A stretch of DNA of 64,000 nucleotides, taken from positions 10,465 to 74,464 of the forward strand of contig CAWVXU010000003.1 in assembly GCA_963934255.1 (NCBI GenBank), in the 5' to 3' direction. Positions 40,797-50,944 of this stretch are shown one piece after another. This DNA is from an uncultured Fibrobacterales bacterium (GTDB lineage: Bacteria > Fibrobacterota > Fibrobacteria > Fibrobacterales > CAWVXU01). A program made the translations under genes and the position numbers. Numbering within the stretch: the first letter of the stretch is position 1; every line of letters begins with the position of its first letter. Under the pieces are notes generated by a model. That model searched no databases, was not told the DNA's origin, and was given only the letters and a program-made list of their open reading frames with translations.

Positions 40797-40837
40797 ATAT
40801 ATCAGCTGATATCTGAGAAAATAAAATCTAAAAAATC

Positions 40838-40870
40838 AAAAAGGAGTCTCGATCGAGGCTCCTTTTTTTT
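40838..40870. terminator. Bidirectional intrinsic terminator between convergent genes
   Basis: AAAAAGGAGTCTCG-AT-CGAGGCTCCTTTTTTTT, with A and T tracts on the two sides. Confidence 0.8.
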
Positions 40871-40888
40871 GGTGTATTTTTTTGGAGA

Positions 40889-41794
40889 TTATTGGTCAAG
40901 TAAAGCTTTGAGGCTAGGCATAGCTTTTTCAAGTTCTTCTTCTAGCTCGCCGCCGAGATTAAACACCCCTGAAAAATCACCAAATTCAGGAAACTCTTTT
41001 AAGAAAAGCTCAATGTTTTCATTGATCTCAATTTTCTTCCAGTTTCCAGAGTGCCCCATGCCTTGGGTTTGAGCGAGGATATTTCCAAGAACCACACATG
41101 CTAAAATTTCTTTGTTTTTGGGAGCCCTAAGAGGCTGATGGTGGTACTGCATACAATCAGTCACACTCTCAGGTAATTTCCACTTGACGCCAAGCCATGA
41201 GCCTATAATGCCATGATGAACAGAGAAGAATTCGGTCTCAATTTCATAAAGAAATTTCTCACCCTTTTTGGCTTCTACTATGATCGCATTGAAGTCTTCG
41301 GGAAGATACTGAAGCAAAACCACTTTGCCCAAGTCATGTAGCAACCCAGCGATAAATGCTTGGTTGGTTTGCTCAGGAAAATATTTCTTAGCAATCAGCT
41401 TGGCTGCAATCCCGACAACCGCAGAGTGTTCCCAAAACTTGGCAAGATCCATCGTTGATGTCACACTACCGTCGCGTTTGAAAAAGTTCAGTACGGAGAC
41501 ACCGAGACCGATTTCTCGAACAATGTTAAAGCCAAGTAAAACAATAGCGCGTTGCACATCATGAACTTCTGAGGTGAGCCCATAGTAGGCTGAGTTACAC
41601 ATTTTGATGAGCTTGGCTGTAAGTACTTGGTCTTCTAAAATTAAGTCACCTAGCTGGGTGGCCGTAGTATTAGGATGATCGACCATTTCAATAAGTCTAG
41701 CATGAATTGTGGGTAGAGTAGGGAGGTTCAGTAATGACTGAGTAATCTTCCTTAGATATAATGCGCGTTTTGCTTTTTTTTCTTCATCTACCAT
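40889..41794 (-). CDS. HDOD-domain signal transduction protein
   Basis: LPTLP, DQVLTAKLIKMCNSAYYG, AIVLLG, FWEHS, AGLLHDLGK, WKLP, YHH. Confidence 0.92.
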   Translation of the reverse strand: MVDEEKKAKRALYLRKITQSLLNLPTLPTIHARLIEMVDHPNTTATQLGDLILEDQVLTAKLIKMCNSAYYGLTSEVHDVQRAIVLLGFNIVREIGLGVSVLNFFKRDGSVTSTMDLAKFWEHSAVVGIAAKLIAKKYFPEQTNQAFIAGLLHDLGKVVLLQYLPEDFNAIIVEAKKGEKFLYEIETEFFSVHHGIIGSWLGVKWKLPESVTDCMQYHHQPLRAPKNKEILACVVLGNILAQTQGMGHSGNWKKIEINENIELFLKEFPEFGDFSGVFNLGGELEEELEKAMPSLKALLDQ

Positions 41795-41836
41795 GACTCT
41801 AATTTAACAATAAACTAGTTCAAGGTGTGTTGTTGG

Positions 41837-42148
41837 TTAGGCACTAAAATCAAATATATCCCCGCCACCTAGATGTGCCGGTGGATGTTCAGATTTTTGT
41901 TGGAGAATTTTGTCGCGTTTGGCATTTTCACGACGCTCTTGTTCTTGTTTTTGAGCCTCTGAATCTAGCGCCTCTTGCTCACTCAGATAGTTCACTTCTT
42001 GGTCTTTTTGAGTATCCTCTTGGAGCTTTTTATTTTTATCCAAATCTGCATCCACAACTTCTTTATGCACACGGTTATTTTCCATTTCACTAGTAGTGAA
42101 ACTTCGACTAACGCTATCTTGGTTGAGAAGTGGGCTTGCGTATGTCAT
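41837..42148 (-). CDS. Small charged hypothetical protein ending GGGDIFDFSA
   Basis: AGAGGT SD; start ATG 42148 or TTG 42151; hydrophilic coiled segment; C-terminal motif like flagellar-associated small proteins. Confidence 0.65.
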   Translation of the reverse strand: MTYASPLLNQDSVSRSFTTSEMENNRVHKEVVDADLDKNKKLQEDTQKDQEVNYLSEQEALDSEAQKQEQERRENAKRDKILQQKSEHPPAHLGGGDIFDFSA

Positions 42149-42241
42149 CAATTACCTCTTAGGTTGCCTTTATAAAGTAAGTTTTTTTTGTGTATTCTCT
42201 GCATGATTCTTGAAAACCTCAGTAAATCATTCAACATACTT

Positions 42242-42457
42242 TCATCGCATTTGATCGATTCTAAACTTTATGGCCTCCAACGGATCAGAAAGGTCAATCG
42301 CATGATGCTCTTTTTCATAAGCTTCAGCTCGGGTAATCAATAAATCTATACCATCATAGCCCTCTGTATCCAACTTGGCACCCATCAATTTCTCTATTTA
42401 GCACAGGGCCTCGTCATAGTCTGACTCTGTTTTTATTGCTTTTACTCTCAGATTCAT
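42242..42457 (-). pseudogene. HigA-like antitoxin remnant
   Basis: Hand translation: MNLRVKAIKTESDYDEALC*IEKLMGAKLDTEGYDGIDLLITRAEAYEKEHHAIDLSDPLEAIKFRIDQMR*. In-frame TAA at 42398-42400 and truncation before the HTH. Confidence 0.75.
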
Positions 42458-42509
42458 TCGTTCTATATCTGAACTAAATCTATTGTATCATACCCCGTTT
42501 TTACCGCTA

Positions 42510-42542
42510 AAAACAAGAAAGACTGCCTTGGGAGCAGTCCTT
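42510..42542 (-). terminator. Probable terminator after fliA
   Basis: Minus strand AAGGACTGC-TCCCAAG-GCAGTCTTT followed by T-rich sequence. Confidence 0.55.
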
Positions 42543-42596
42543 GAAATACACCCCATTTATAAGGGCTATCCTAAAGTTTGATTAAACGAGCTAGTA

Positions 42597-43379
42597 CTAT
42601 GCGTTGACTCGAGTTATCAGTCTTGAGCGCAATTTGATCATCGCCTTGGAATGAATCTGTGAAACTCTTGACTCAGTAATACCTAAGACTTGACCAATCT
42701 CTTTAAGTGTCAGCTCTTCATAGTGATAGAGTGCTACGACTAGCTTTTCTTTTTCTGGAAGCTCGCCAATCGTCTCTTTGAGGATGCGCTTCACTTCTTG
42801 GTAGCCTAGCTCTTTAAGAGGGTCGGAACCAGCCGGATCAGTAATAGTATCAATTAGGCTAAGTGACTTACCCTCACCCCCACGCTCAGGTAGGCTCTCT
42901 TCAAGGCTGACTATGGTCGTAGGTGCAACTTCACCTAGTAGTGATTCAAACTCACTCATTGTGATGCCAAGAGCGTCTGCTACTTCGTCATCATAAGGTA
43001 TGCGTCCGAGCTCTTGCTCAAGTTTAGCATAAGTATTTTGCAATTTTTTGGATTTGGTACGAATCGAGCGCGGAACCCAATCTTGAGCGCGAAGCTCATC
43101 GAGGATAGCACCACGAATCTTATGAGTGGCAAAGGTCTCAAATTTAAAGCCTAAGCTCAGATCAAAAGTTTCAACCGCTTTAATCAAACCGAAAACACCT
43201 GATCCAATCAAATCACCCAATTCAACTGACTTGGGTAAATTTAAGCCAATACGTTGAGCAGTATATTTGACCAGCGAAGTATACTCCGCTAAAATTTTAT
43301 CTTTAGCGAGCTTAGAATCGTGTTCTTTATATTGGACCCATAAGTCGTTTAAATCTGCCACTGAAGTGTTACCGTTCAA
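42597..43379 (-). CDS. fliA: Flagellar sigma factor sigma28
   Basis: DLIGSGVFGLIKAVETFD, IRGAILDELRAQDWVPRS, LTLKEIGQVLGITESRVSQIH. Confidence 0.96.
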   Translation of the reverse strand: MNGNTSVADLNDLWVQYKEHDSKLAKDKILAEYTSLVKYTAQRIGLNLPKSVELGDLIGSGVFGLIKAVETFDLSLGFKFETFATHKIRGAILDELRAQDWVPRSIRTKSKKLQNTYAKLEQELGRIPYDDEVADALGITMSEFESLLGEVAPTTIVSLEESLPERGGEGKSLSLIDTITDPAGSDPLKELGYQEVKRILKETIGELPEKEKLVVALYHYEELTLKEIGQVLGITESRVSQIHSKAMIKLRSRLITRVNA

Positions 43380-43572
43380 TCCCTATCATTAGTCTTATAT
43401 ACAACTCTATTAAATTATCCTATTTATCAGTTAAAAATTCAAAATAAATCGTAGAAATTTTAAATTTTTAAGCTTTTTTAGACCATTCTAGCATTACAAT
43501 TGACAAAGTACCTCAAATGAGGCCTTGATTAAATTGAAAATAAATTTCACTCAAAACCTTATGTCATGAATA

Positions 43573-43896
43573 TTATTGTTTATTCTCTTCTTGATATTCT
43601 TCATACCAAGCTTTTTCTTGATCTGACGGCTCGGCTAGGTAGAAAGATAGCCCACCTTTATAGCGATCAACATGATGTTCTTTGGCTGAAACTGCAAGCG
43701 CTTTGACAAAAGTATCCAAAAGAATTGAAATAAAGAACCAAGCAACACCAGACACCATTAAAGCTTTACCGAAATCAAAAATAACGGTGAGTATATCTAA
43801 ATCGTTTCTCAAAAGCATCGATAATCCGAAGACTATCCAAAAACAAGCTATAACAGCTGTTTTGGTGAGTGCACGCGACAGTGGTAATGTATTCAT
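43573..43896 (-). CDS. Small two-TM hypothetical protein in the flagellar cluster
   Basis: GGAG SD, two hydrophobic segments, acidic tail; follows flhG. Confidence 0.65.
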   Translation of the reverse strand: MNTLPLSRALTKTAVIACFWIVFGLSMLLRNDLDILTVIFDFGKALMVSGVAWFFISILLDTFVKALAVSAKEHHVDRYKGGLSFYLAEPSDQEKAWYEEYQEENKQ

Positions 43897-43927
43897 AATT
43901 TCTCCAATGTCTTCGTCCTTGAAAGTC

Positions 43928-44749
43928 TTAAGACAAATCCTTTTGTCTTCGTAAATTGATTAATACCCCTTGTAAGTTTTGCACATAGGGAGACTGTGGG
44001 TATGCTTTTTTTATCGGCTTTTGTTGCATGAGAGCTTTAGGTATATTTGGATCCTTAGGTAAAAACCCACAAAAAGCAGGTCTAATTCCTAAAAATTGCT
44101 CTGAAACTCTGCATAATTGAGCATGAGTGTGAATCGCCTCTTGTTCCTTTTCAGCCTGATTAACAACCACTACCACTTCTTGAGCTGGATTATACTTCTT
44201 GATCGTCTTTAAGGTTGAGTATGCATCAGCAAGTGAAGTTAGCTCGGGCGTTAAAATTAAAACAACTTGATCAACAGTGGTTGTTAGAGCGATTGTTGAT
44301 TCTGAAAGCCCCGCACCCACATCTATAATTTGTGCATCATAAACGCTACCCTTAGGACCATGTAACTCGGATATAATCCGCTCCATTGCTCCACTTTGGA
44401 TCCAATTCATCGAAGGAATACCTGAGAAACCGTGAATAAAATCTAAACCAAAAACATCCTTCATCAGCAAACCATCAAAGTCAACTTCACCATCTAAATA
44501 ATGCCCCCAATGACGCTTAGGACTGACTCCCATCATCAGGTGTAAATCAGCCAGACCAGGATCCCCATCAAGCAGCAGTACTTTGGCGTGATCTGCAATC
44601 ACCATCGCTAAATTAAGAGAGAAATTAGTCTTCCCTACTCCACCTTTACCAGATGCGACAGCAATTCTCCAAGTCTTACCCGAGGGTAAGCTTTCACGAA
44701 GTGCCATTAAATCCTGGAAGTACTCGAGCTGCGATTTAACTTTTGTCAT
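43928..44749 (-). CDS. flhG: MinD-like flagellar number regulator FlhG/FleN
   Basis: SGKGGVGKT, DGDPGLAD, IIDVGAG, TPELTSLADAY; downstream of flhF. Confidence 0.92.
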   Translation of the reverse strand: MTKVKSQLEYFQDLMALRESLPSGKTWRIAVASGKGGVGKTNFSLNLAMVIADHAKVLLLDGDPGLADLHLMMGVSPKRHWGHYLDGEVDFDGLLMKDVFGLDFIHGFSGIPSMNWIQSGAMERIISELHGPKGSVYDAQIIDVGAGLSESTIALTTTVDQVVLILTPELTSLADAYSTLKTIKKYNPAQEVVVVVNQAEKEQEAIHTHAQLCRVSEQFLGIRPAFCGFLPKDPNIPKALMQQKPIKKAYPQSPYVQNLQGVLINLRRQKDLS

Positions 44750-44758
44750 ATAAAGACC

Positions 44759-46090
44759 TTAACCTTCAGCCATAATCCAGCCAGCAATTTCGCTAGCATC
44801 AGCAGTCAGGATATCATCGGGTATGGTCTGCCCATGACATAAATAAGCCAGACCAAGTTTCTTTTGAACACTTAAATTCCAAAGCGCACCCATCTCAGAA
44901 GTCTCATCAACCTTGGTATAAATTAGACGACTGATTCCAAAAGGTTTGAATTTCTCATAAAAAGCATTGAGATCTCGCTCACGAGTATTGGCAGCTAAGA
45001 CAAGATAGGTTTCATCGGCTTGGACGAATTTTGAAATGTCAGAAAGCTCACTCATATGATGTTTGTGTTCTCTTGAACGACCAGCTGAATCTACAAGGAT
45101 TAAATCTTTGTCTTTTAGGTCATCTAATGCTTGATCAATGTCTTCTTCACTAAAAGCCGCTCTAAAATCTATCTGAGCTGACCTTGCAAAAACTGACATT
45201 TGTTCCATAGCTCCCATGCGATAACCATCGGTGCTAATGATACCCACATTAACATTACCAGACATCAGCTGCTCGGCGGCAATTTTAGCAATCGTCGTTG
45301 ATTTACCTACACCAGTTGGACCTAAAAAAAGAAGTATCGTCGCTCGATTCTCTTGAAGTGAAAGCGTAGGAGCAATCGGAAGCTTGGAAGTGAGTTTGTT
45401 TTTAATCCAAACTTTGGAATCTTCTTCACTGCGATCTTTAGGGCTAATTTCAAGAGCATATTCGGTAATCAGTTGACCAGCAAGCTCAGGAATAATACCC
45501 GAATGAGTCAGTTGTCTATAAACTCGACGAAGTTCAGCTGGCACCGCACTTGAGCTTTGTTCAAACCCTTCAGATATTTGCGACTGAAGTTTTTTCATTT
45601 CCTTTTGCAATTTGTCAAATTCACTCGTTAAATTCTTTTGATTGATAGCATCTTGAGCAGATTGTTTGGCTCTACTTGCATTCGATGTCCCAGAATTATC
45701 AGAGTTGTCAAAGTTGTCAGAGTTATGAGTCGAGGTATTTGAGTTAGAGGTAGAAGGAGGGATTTTTTCTACATGAGGAAGTTCTTGAGGTTGAAACTTT
45801 TGGCCACCAGGGGTATAAGTACCTTGGAATGGTGATGCCGTGTCGTCAATGTTTTGAGTAGCTCTGTTTTGAGCATTGATGTTTTGCTTAAGACGAGCTT
45901 CAAAAGTATTCATCTCTGGTCGTGCGATAAGACTTTCATCTAAACTCGCTGTAACTTCAATCTGACCTGCATTAAGCACTCCACCAGAGAGTTGCTCGGT
46001 GCGGATGATCACAGCTTGAGGACCTAGCTCATCTTTAACTTTGAGCAATGCTTCTCGCATTGTAGGGGCTATAAACTTTTTTAAATCCAC
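44759..46090 (-). CDS. flhF: SRP-type flagellar GTPase FlhF
   Basis: MREALLKVKDELG N-terminus, GPTGVGKSTT, DGYRMGA, DSAGR, TKVDE, GQTIPDD. Confidence 0.95.
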   Translation of the reverse strand: MDLKKFIAPTMREALLKVKDELGPQAVIIRTEQLSGGVLNAGQIEVTASLDESLIARPEMNTFEARLKQNINAQNRATQNIDDTASPFQGTYTPGGQKFQPQELPHVEKIPPSTSNSNTSTHNSDNFDNSDNSGTSNASRAKQSAQDAINQKNLTSEFDKLQKEMKKLQSQISEGFEQSSSAVPAELRRVYRQLTHSGIIPELAGQLITEYALEISPKDRSEEDSKVWIKNKLTSKLPIAPTLSLQENRATILLFLGPTGVGKSTTIAKIAAEQLMSGNVNVGIISTDGYRMGAMEQMSVFARSAQIDFRAAFSEEDIDQALDDLKDKDLILVDSAGRSREHKHHMSELSDISKFVQADETYLVLAANTRERDLNAFYEKFKPFGISRLIYTKVDETSEMGALWNLSVQKKLGLAYLCHGQTIPDDILTADASEIAGWIMAEG

Positions 46091-46098
46091 TGAAATCC

Positions 46099-48177
46099 TC
46101 AGCTTTCTTGAATCGAAATCGTGCCTGCGGCTTTTATATTAATACCTAGTGCAATTTCACCATATGCTAGAACATAAACGTTTGGGTATGAACTTTCAAC
46201 TAATTTCACGAGTGGGAATCGAATTCCGGGAGATACTACAATGACAGCGGGTTGGTTCATTGCTACCATTTTTTCATATTCTGGAGATACAGCGTCTAAT
46301 AATTTGCCTACCATCTCAGGTCGAAGGACAAGTCTTGGCCCGCGCTCAGTCGTCTGAACTGAAGCCTCTAGTATCTGCTCTAACTCTGGATGCAGAGTCA
46401 TCACATGGATGACATCTTCATAGTCTTTGAGACCTGAACAGATCTGGCGAGCCAGAGCTGCTCGACAATGCTCAGTAATATAAGTTGAATCTTTAGAAAT
46501 TTTGGCCGTCTCAGCCATGATTTCCATAATGGTCACCAAATCTCGAATACTCACCCGTTCATTGAGTAAATTTTCCAGTACAATCTGTATTTCACCCATA
46601 TTCATCAAACTCGGAATGAGCTCTTCTACTATTGCTGGCGAATGAGTTTTGACATTATCAATCAAGGCTTTGACATCTTCACGGGTCAAAATCTCTGATG
46701 CATTTTTGCGGATAATTTCAGTAATATGCGTTGCAAGTACAGCAGGTAGTTCAACTACTGTATACCCAGCAAGTTCAGCCGTCTCACGTTGGCTCTCAGT
46801 AATCCACATCGCGGGCAAACCAAAGGCTGGTTCCACAGTCGGGATACCGTTAATTTTTTGTGAAGTTTGACCAGGATCCATCGCAAGGTAAGAGCCCATC
46901 ATCAACTCTCCACCCCCCACTTCAATGCCTTTGATTTTGACTGTGTAGTTATTGGGCTGTAATTGAATATTGTCTCGTATGCGAATAGGAGGCACTAAAG
47001 TCCCGAGTTCAGTAGCCATTTGTCGTCTAAGCATAGTGATTCGCTCAAGTAAATCGCCACCTTGATTTTTATCTACTAGCGGAATCAGGCCATATCCAAT
47101 TTCCATTTCCATCTGATCAATTTTAAGAAAATCTTCAATTTTTTCTTCAGCTATTGGCTCATCCGAGTTACCGGATTCACCTTCGGCTTCGTCAGTCTCT
47201 GATTGCTTTGTGGAGTTAGTGTGGATTTTGTAAGCGGCATATCCCATCAGAATACCAAGGGAGACAAATGGTAAAGTAGGCATCCCAGGAATGACACCCA
47301 TTAAACACATCACAATAGCTGCGACATACATTGCACGAGTAGATTGACTAAATTGATCAATCATTTCTTCACCAAGGTTGCCCTTAGATGCTGCGCGTGT
47401 CACAATAATACCCGAGGCAGTTGAAATCATGAGTGAAGGCATTTGCGAGGCAAGTCCGTCACCAATAGTTAGCTTAGTATATGTTGAAATTGCTGTAGTA
47501 AAATCCATATCCTGAAGCAACATACCCGAGACAAATCCACCAATAACATTAATGGCTGTAATAAATAGACCTGCTACGGCGTCACCTTTGACGAACTTGG
47601 ACGCACCATCCATCGCACCATAAAAGTCAGCTTCGCGAGATATATCAGATCGTTTTTTCTTGGCTTCTTCTTCAGTCAAAAGGCCGTTATTTAAGTCAGC
47701 ATCAACAGACATTTGTTTACCGGGCATGGCATCAAGTGTAAACCTTGCAGCCACCTCGGCGATTCGACCAGCACCCTTAGTAATCACGGTAAACTGAACA
47801 AGGACAAGGATGATAAATATGACTACACCCACAATGATATTACCGGCCGTCACAAACTCACCAAATGATTGAATCACATCACCTGCTTTGCCTTCGGATA
47901 AAATCATCCGAGTGGTGGCGATATTGAGGGATATTCGAAATAGGGAGAGGACTAGTAGTAAGCCTGGAAAGATGGAAAAGTCTAAAACATTATCCAAGTA
48001 CATAGAAATAATAAGAACTAACAGAGCCACCGAGATCATTAGCGCCAAAAGTATGTCAACCGTCCATAAAGGAATCGGCACAATCATCATAACGACAATT
48101 CCGACGATACCTAGGATAACAAAAAGTTCTTTATTCTTTTTGAGTAGGCCCATGCTTAATAACGATTTAAAATCCAA
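46099..48177 (-). CDS. flhA: Flagellar export protein FlhA
   Basis: TKGAGRIAEVAARFTLDAMPGKQM, FYGAMDGASKFVKGD, IGDGL, EPAFGLPA. Confidence 0.97.
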   Translation of the reverse strand: MDFKSLLSMGLLKKNKELFVILGIVGIVVMMIVPIPLWTVDILLALMISVALLVLIISMYLDNVLDFSIFPGLLLVLSLFRISLNIATTRMILSEGKAGDVIQSFGEFVTAGNIIVGVVIFIILVLVQFTVITKGAGRIAEVAARFTLDAMPGKQMSVDADLNNGLLTEEEAKKKRSDISREADFYGAMDGASKFVKGDAVAGLFITAINVIGGFVSGMLLQDMDFTTAISTYTKLTIGDGLASQMPSLMISTASGIIVTRAASKGNLGEEMIDQFSQSTRAMYVAAIVMCLMGVIPGMPTLPFVSLGILMGYAAYKIHTNSTKQSETDEAEGESGNSDEPIAEEKIEDFLKIDQMEMEIGYGLIPLVDKNQGGDLLERITMLRRQMATELGTLVPPIRIRDNIQLQPNNYTVKIKGIEVGGGELMMGSYLAMDPGQTSQKINGIPTVEPAFGLPAMWITESQRETAELAGYTVVELPAVLATHITEIIRKNASEILTREDVKALIDNVKTHSPAIVEELIPSLMNMGEIQIVLENLLNERVSIRDLVTIMEIMAETAKISKDSTYITEHCRAALARQICSGLKDYEDVIHVMTLHPELEQILEASVQTTERGPRLVLRPEMVGKLLDAVSPEYEKMVAMNQPAVIVVSPGIRFPLVKLVESSYPNVYVLAYGEIALGINIKAAGTISIQES

Positions 48178-49881
48178 CTATTCGACTCCCTGATGCACAG
48201 CGATGGTTTTGGGTTGATCCATACCTGTGACTCTAAATATAATATCCCCATCAGAATTAACTTTGACCACAGAGCCAGACTCTGAATCAGCCACCCAACA
48301 TGAATTGTCTGTCATTGAAAAGGCAACTCCAGCCGGAGTATTAAAGCCCTCAGTGACAAGGCCATCCGTTTTGGTTAGATTTCCTGATATGTTTGAGTTA
48401 AATCTAATAATTTGATCGGCTCTAGCGTCAGAGATACACACTTCTCCATTGCCGGCAGACAAATCAGAAATAAAGTTAAAACCTTTGATCGTCGCCTTGA
48501 TGACACCTAGCGTGTCTATGAGTATCACACTTGAGCTATCTGCAATCCAAGCCTGACCTGATTGAGCATCATAAGCGATGTGCTGAGGGCGGTTGACTCC
48601 AGCATGAAATAGAGTGTCTAAAACACCATCTCGGACAAGTCCAATCGAATCACCTTCCGGAACGACAAACATCATCAAGTCATCTTCGAACTGATCAATC
48701 GCCATGCTTGTGACGGGCCCTTGTTGATCCGGCAATACTGAGATCTCTGATAGTGAGTCCAAAGCTGCTGGGTCAAATTTCCTAACACGACCCTGAGCAC
48801 TAGTCGGAAGATCTGAGACCCAAATAGCTCCACTTTGTACATCCACTCCAAGGGCAGTCGGTTGAATAAATCTAGAGCTATCAGTCAAGACAATTTCACC
48901 TGAATTCGTCATGCGTGTTAATATATTTTTACCGCGGTCAAGGATCCAGACATAAATACGATTAGGATTAATTCCAATATCTGAAATTTCTTGAAATTGA
49001 TTTTCAATTCTAAATATTTCGGACCCAGTCGATGATATTTTTATCAAATCCTTAGAAGCACCTACCCAAACAGAGCCAGTTTCTTTATAAGTGATCATTT
49101 GCATATAATAAATACGAGAACCCGAGTAGGATTCATCACGAACTTTAAATTCAAATACATCATCAATAATAGAGTCCGGCGCCTGCCATCTAAAAGTATA
49201 GCCCGAATCAGATTGTATTTGCCTAAGCCCCGGGACATCTTCAAATTCAAACCTTGGCGCGAAATCTTCCACAAAATTATCGCGAAGGGTTACATCAAAC
49301 TTAACTAATTGACCAGGGTGTCCATAGAGCCTAATTACTGAATCACGAATAGCAGTGACAACTCCACCCAAATAGAGTGTATCTAGCATCGGAAGTACAT
49401 TTTGAATATCAAATACCTTCCAAGCCGAGTGAATTCCCTCGATATCAATAGCTATGGAATCAAGGTATAGAGAATCAACAGTCCAAGTCACTGAGTCGAC
49501 CTCAGTAGAATCAAGATAAAGTTCAGGTGCAACATTCCATTCAAACCATACTGTATCTGAAACAATTATACTATCGATTGCAGAAATGGCTGTGACTCTT
49601 TTTGAAATATTGCCCTTGCCTAATTTCCAATTCACAAGATCATCTTGGTCAGCACGAAGATTAAAGTCTTCGACATTGACCCATGCTTTGACCAAGCCGC
49701 CACTGTAACTTTTTTCTGTAAAATCAGTTTTAATTCTTATAGTCAAACCAGATTCATCATTAGGAGAGCAAGCATTTAGCAGACTCAGACATATCAATGC
49801 ACCAAATATCACGCATATGAGGCTAAAACAGCTAATAACCGATTTTGATTTGGTTGATTTATCGTCGTTCATTTTCATCAT
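48178..49881 (-). CDS. Lipoprotein with C-terminal NHL/YVTN-like beta-propeller
   Basis: Lipobox LNAC; repeated P-x-x-(L/I/V)-(A/G)...W-(V/I)-x-D blades (QPTALGVD, RPQHIAYD, TPAGVAF, QPKTIAV); exact start among 49881/49878/49872 uncertain. Confidence 0.75.
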   Translation of the reverse strand: MMKMNDDKSTKSKSVISCFSLICVIFGALICLSLLNACSPNDESGLTIRIKTDFTEKSYSGGLVKAWVNVEDFNLRADQDDLVNWKLGKGNISKRVTAISAIDSIIVSDTVWFEWNVAPELYLDSTEVDSVTWTVDSLYLDSIAIDIEGIHSAWKVFDIQNVLPMLDTLYLGGVVTAIRDSVIRLYGHPGQLVKFDVTLRDNFVEDFAPRFEFEDVPGLRQIQSDSGYTFRWQAPDSIIDDVFEFKVRDESYSGSRIYYMQMITYKETGSVWVGASKDLIKISSTGSEIFRIENQFQEISDIGINPNRIYVWILDRGKNILTRMTNSGEIVLTDSSRFIQPTALGVDVQSGAIWVSDLPTSAQGRVRKFDPAALDSLSEISVLPDQQGPVTSMAIDQFEDDLMMFVVPEGDSIGLVRDGVLDTLFHAGVNRPQHIAYDAQSGQAWIADSSSVILIDTLGVIKATIKGFNFISDLSAGNGEVCISDARADQIIRFNSNISGNLTKTDGLVTEGFNTPAGVAFSMTDNSCWVADSESGSVVKVNSDGDIIFRVTGMDQPKTIAVHQGVE

Positions 49882-49882
49882 T

Positions 49883-50944
49883 TTATCCCTCTAAGCTGTA
49901 AATATAAGCCAAAATTTGCGCAACGGCTTCAAAGTGTTCTTCGGGAATCACATCTCCGACTTCTACTGAATCAATAATTGCCCGAGCTAATGGCTTATTT
50001 TCTACAATAGGTATGTCATTTTCTGTTGCAATGTCCCTTATTTTTTCGGCTATTATTCGCTTACCTTTAGCTACAATCGTAGGAGCGTCTTGTTCTCCTC
50101 GTTTATATTTGATTGCAATGGCTATAAATGTAGGATTTGTCACCACAACGGTCGCTTCCGGAACTTTATCCATAGAAGACTCTCTTAAAATTTTCATTGC
50201 AGCTTGCCTTAATGCTGCTTTAATCTTCGGATCACCTTCGGATTGTTTGCGCTCATCTTTGACCTCGTGCTTGGTCATCTTCATTTCATTTTTCGCTTTA
50301 ATTTTTTGATAAATAAAATCACCTATTCCGATGATGAGATATAAAAGAGCTATATACAGGCTCATTTCTAAGCCAATATTAAATAAGGCAGCACGAAGAG
50401 CCATAAGAGGCTGGTCAATAAGAAAAAGGAATTCATCATAATGACTCATTAAGACAAGATAAACAACAAGTCCGACTGCCCCGATTTTCAACAACCCTTT
50501 AATGAGGCCGACAAGAGCCTCTTTTCCGAGCATTCTTTTGACACCAGCAATTATTTTAAAGGGTTTTGAGAAGTCAGGTTTCAGTTTATAATTAGACCAC
50601 ATAAATCCAACTTGAACTAAATTAATGACAACCCCAAATATTAACATCAGGAGTGCAATGGGCCATAAAATAAAAAGCATCATTTTTACATTATCTTCCA
50701 TCAAAAAGATCAAGTTAGTTGTATTGAAATCAAAGGTAGATATCTGACTCCAAACATTTTTAATATTCAATTCAAGTAAATCATATACTCTTACACCAAA
50801 TATCCAAATCACACCCACTCCTACAATCAACATAAAGCCTGTATTTAGATCTGTTGATTTAGCAACTTGCCCTTTTCTACGAGCCTCGCCCTTTTTTTTC
50901 TCACTGGCATCTTCGGTCTTGGAGTCTTTGTCCTCATCAGCCAT
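49883..50944 (-). CDS. flhB: Flagellar export switch protein FlhB
   Basis: KTEDAS..K..EARRKGQVAKS, MTKHEVKDERKQSEGDP, TNPT autocleavage motif, PLAR; start probably MADED at 50944. Confidence 0.95.
   Translation of the reverse strand: MADEDKDSKTEDASEKKKGEARRKGQVAKSTDLNTGFMLIVGVGVIWIFGVRVYDLLELNIKNVWSQISTFDFNTTNLIFLMEDNVKMMLFILWPIALLMLIFGVVINLVQVGFMWSNYKLKPDFSKPFKIIAGVKRMLGKEALVGLIKGLLKIGAVGLVVYLVLMSHYDEFLFLIDQPLMALRAALFNIGLEMSLYIALLYLIIGIGDFIYQKIKAKNEMKMTKHEVKDERKQSEGDPKIKAALRQAAMKILRESSMDKVPEATVVVTNPTFIAIAIKYKRGEQDAPTIVAKGKRIIAEKIRDIATENDIPIVENKPLARAIIDSVEVGDVIPEEHFEAVAQILAYIYSLEG

Noticed and set aside
40799..40812. 14-bp perfect palindrome ATATCAGCTGATAT
   Set aside because: Single copy between convergent genes beside a clear terminator; no supportable function.
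42398..42400. In-frame TAA in the higA-like sequence (and TAG in the GGDEF remnant) as possible stop-codon recoding
   Set aside because: TAA, TAG and TGA all end conserved genes normally in this window, and both remnants are also truncated or degenerate.
43485..43493. Extended -10 (TGcTAGAAT) upstream of fliA
   Set aside because: No matching -35 and the region is very AT-rich; plausible but not supportable without TSS data.
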